Assembly (NCBI GenBank): GCA_038087875.1
Contig: JAXLNO010006072.1
Location: 62,001-126,000, forward strand
Reading direction: 5' to 3'
Length of the DNA stretch: 64,000 nucleotides
Origin: Malacoraja senta
Lineage: Eukaryota
A program made the position numbers and the translations under genes. Shown one piece after another: positions 61,685 through 64,000 of the stretch (within the stretch, counting starts at the first letter, position 1; each line of letters opens with the position of its first letter). The notes beneath the pieces were generated by a model. The model was given only the letters and a program-made list of their open reading frames with translations, did not search any database and was not told the origin of the DNA.

Positions 61685-62336
61685 CTGGAGCAAATAAAAT
61701 TAACACTCAGCTTTGTATAAACACATATGTGCACAAGCCATTAACAGATCCTTATTTGTTCATTAAAAGGAGCACATGGCACAGAAAAAACATTTACAGG
61801 ATGATTAAAGAATTCAGCAAGTCTTCTGAAAAATTCTGGGTTTCACTCCATTATGCCTTGCGAACTACACTATAAATCTTTCTTAGTCCATCAATTTAAT
61901 CTGTTCTGACCTTATGGGCTCCAATCACTATAACAGGCATGTCTGCATAAAGATTTATAGAATATAAAATCTATTAGCATGCCATAAAACAGATTATTAC
62001 ATGTAGATTATTGTAGTTTGCAAAATAACGCACTTGTTAATTGTTTGAAAATCTCTGATCCAGCACTCTTAGGACCCCAACTGGGGCCAGACCACAGAAA
62101 ACCGACCCCAATCATATTCCTCGGGTCATGCAAAGTTTTTGACAACTATCCACAATCCAGAAACCCACTGCCAACGGAGATCGCAGAAGTTGCGCTAGAA
62201 GATTAATTAGCTGCAGATTGTCACCTTCAGATCTCAGTTAAAATTAGTTAATTAATATGGATCTTCACATGTTCAAAAAATGCTCGAACACAGGAATATC
62301 CAGGCAAAGAATAAAAGAGTGGAGAGTTTCAACTTA

Positions 62337-62925
62337 CATAGAAACATAGAAAATAGGTGCAAGAGGAGGCCATTCGGCCCTTCGAGCCAGCACCGCCATT
62401 CATTGTGATCATGGCTGATCGTCCCCAATCAATAACCCGTGCCTGCCTTCTCCCCATATCCCTTGATTCCACTAGCCCCTAGAGCTCTATCTAACTCTCT
62501 CTTAAATCCATCCAGTGACTTGGCCTCCACTGCCCTCTGTAGCAAGGAATTCCACAAATTCACAACTCTCTGGGTGAAAACGTTTTTTCTCACCTCTGTC
62601 TTAAATGGCCTCCCCTTTATTCTAAGACTGTGACCCCTGGTTCTGGTCTCGCCCAACATTGGGAACATTTTTCCTGCATCTAGCTTGTCCAGTCCTTTTA
62701 TAATTTTATATGTTTCTATAAGATTCCCCCTCATCCTTCTAAACTCCAGTGAATACAAGCCTAGTCTTTTCAATCTTTCCTCATATGACAGTCCCGCCAT
62801 CCCAGGGATCAATCTCACGAACCTACGATGCACTGCCTTAATCACAAGGATGTCCTTCCTCAAATTAGGAGACCAAAACTGCACACAATACTCCAGATGT
62901 GGTCTCACCAGAGCCCTATACAACT
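62337..62925 (-). mobile_element. Young CR1 3' fragment
   Basis: Open RT C-terminus LVRPHLEYCVQFWSP..GYGEKAGTGY; tail; caactta at both ends. Confidence 0.92.
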
Positions 62926-63296
62926 TATAAATACATATCGCTCGGCACATGAACTGATAACAAATATATTATATGGCTCTAGTGTCTGAATGGAACTGCA
63001 CGTACAAATGCGGAATTTTCCGATTTTTCCCCCTGAAGGTAAATATTATCTGGAGATTGAAGAAGAATGAGGTTTGTTTTGTATCCAATATCTAGTCACT
63101 GAATGTTCATACCATTACCAGCTGCCTCTTGTCCTTGTGAAACACTATTAGTTCTAACATTTTTGCAGTCTTACTATTGATTTGAATAATCCTGGCTCCA
63201 TGCTATTTTATAAACAGTACTCAGGCTTTCACTGGACCTACATGGGAGCGAGTAGATATAAAGTTTTATGTTATTCATGAAGTGTAAAGAGAGAAT

Positions 63297-63581
63297 GGCA
63301 CAGTGGCACAGCAGTCGAGTAGCTGCCTTACAGCACCAGAGACCTGGGTTCGATCCTGACTACAGGTGCTATCTGTACAGAGTTCGTACGTTCTCCCCGC
63401 ATGGATTTTCTCCGGGTGCTCTGGTTTCCTCCCGCACTCCAAAGACGTGCAGGTTAATTGACTTCTGTAAATTGTCCCTAGTGTTTCAGATAGAACTAGT
63501 GTACGGGTGATCACTGGTCAACGGGGACTCGATGGGGAGGTGGGCCTATTGCCTCACAATATCTCTCAACTAAACTAAACT
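63297..63581 (+). mobile_element. tRNA-derived V-SINE (HE1-like)
   Basis: gtggcacagc, ggttcgatcc, V-domain, ctaaactaaact tail. Confidence 0.88.
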
Positions 63582-63677
63582 TAGTCTGAAGAAGGGTTTC
63601 GACCTGAAACATTGCCTATTTCCTTCGCTCCATAGATGCTGCCTCACCCGCTGAGTTTCTCCAGCAATTTTGTCTAC
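63582..63677 (+). mobile_element. PLE tail with hammerhead motif inserted in the SINE tail
   Basis: CTGAAGA-AGGGtttcgacct-GAAACATT plus PLE tail; ctaaact on both sides. Confidence 0.8.
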
Positions 63678-64000
63678 CTAAACTCATTTATGTTCAGTTC
63701 CATTGCTGATAATTACCAGTTATTGGGGAAATAATGTTAAAGCTTGATCTGATGCCAGTTTGTTGTCAAAACTCAATTTCAAATAGATATTGCAAATAGA
63801 CACTTCAAACACTTGGGTATCAGCAAAATGCTGTTTGTAAAGATTTATTTAAAAGTGATCTGATCATAATTAAGTGGCATATGAATGAGACCAAGAAACT
63901 CCAGGTCATTCTTCGGAATGTAAAGGAGATCTGAAGAAAAAATTATATTTACCACAATGCAGAAATTCTATTCAATGCAATACGATTACAATTTATTTTT

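Overview
Vertebrate genomic DNA. The repeat families (HE1/V-SINE, CR1, Penelope-like tails) point to a cartilaginous fish, probably a skate or ray; this is an inference. The window covers the middle and 3' part of one minus-strand gene, L3MBTL3. Eleven phase-compatible GT-AG exons (61684 down to 6401) encode the end of MBT1, MBT2, MBT3, a C2HC zinc finger, a linker and the start of the SAM domain. The 5' exons and the remaining SAM exons appear to lie outside the window. The introns are mostly transposable elements: CR1 LINEs of many ages (one full-length), Rex1/Babar, L1, Tx1, a full-length Nimb/I-group LINE, a Passport-like Tc1 with an open transposase ORF, Harbinger and hAT MITEs, Helitron-like pieces, V-SINEs, and many short Penelope-derived insertions carrying minimal hammerhead-ribozyme motifs. 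The main observations are: (1) a CR1 insertion that captured a copy of part of the neighbouring host exon inside one target-site duplication (TSD); (2) a set of TSD-flanked, hammerhead-bearing Penelope tails and fold-backs whose 5' ends cluster at the ribozyme; (3) a nested insertion of four, possibly five, layers; (4) six CCAAT boxes at about 32-bp spacing in a hAT MITE; (5) a possible nested antisense coding exon with a DSGIDS degron. No CRISPR array, rRNA or true tRNA was found. All family calls come from motif recognition by eye, not database searches.
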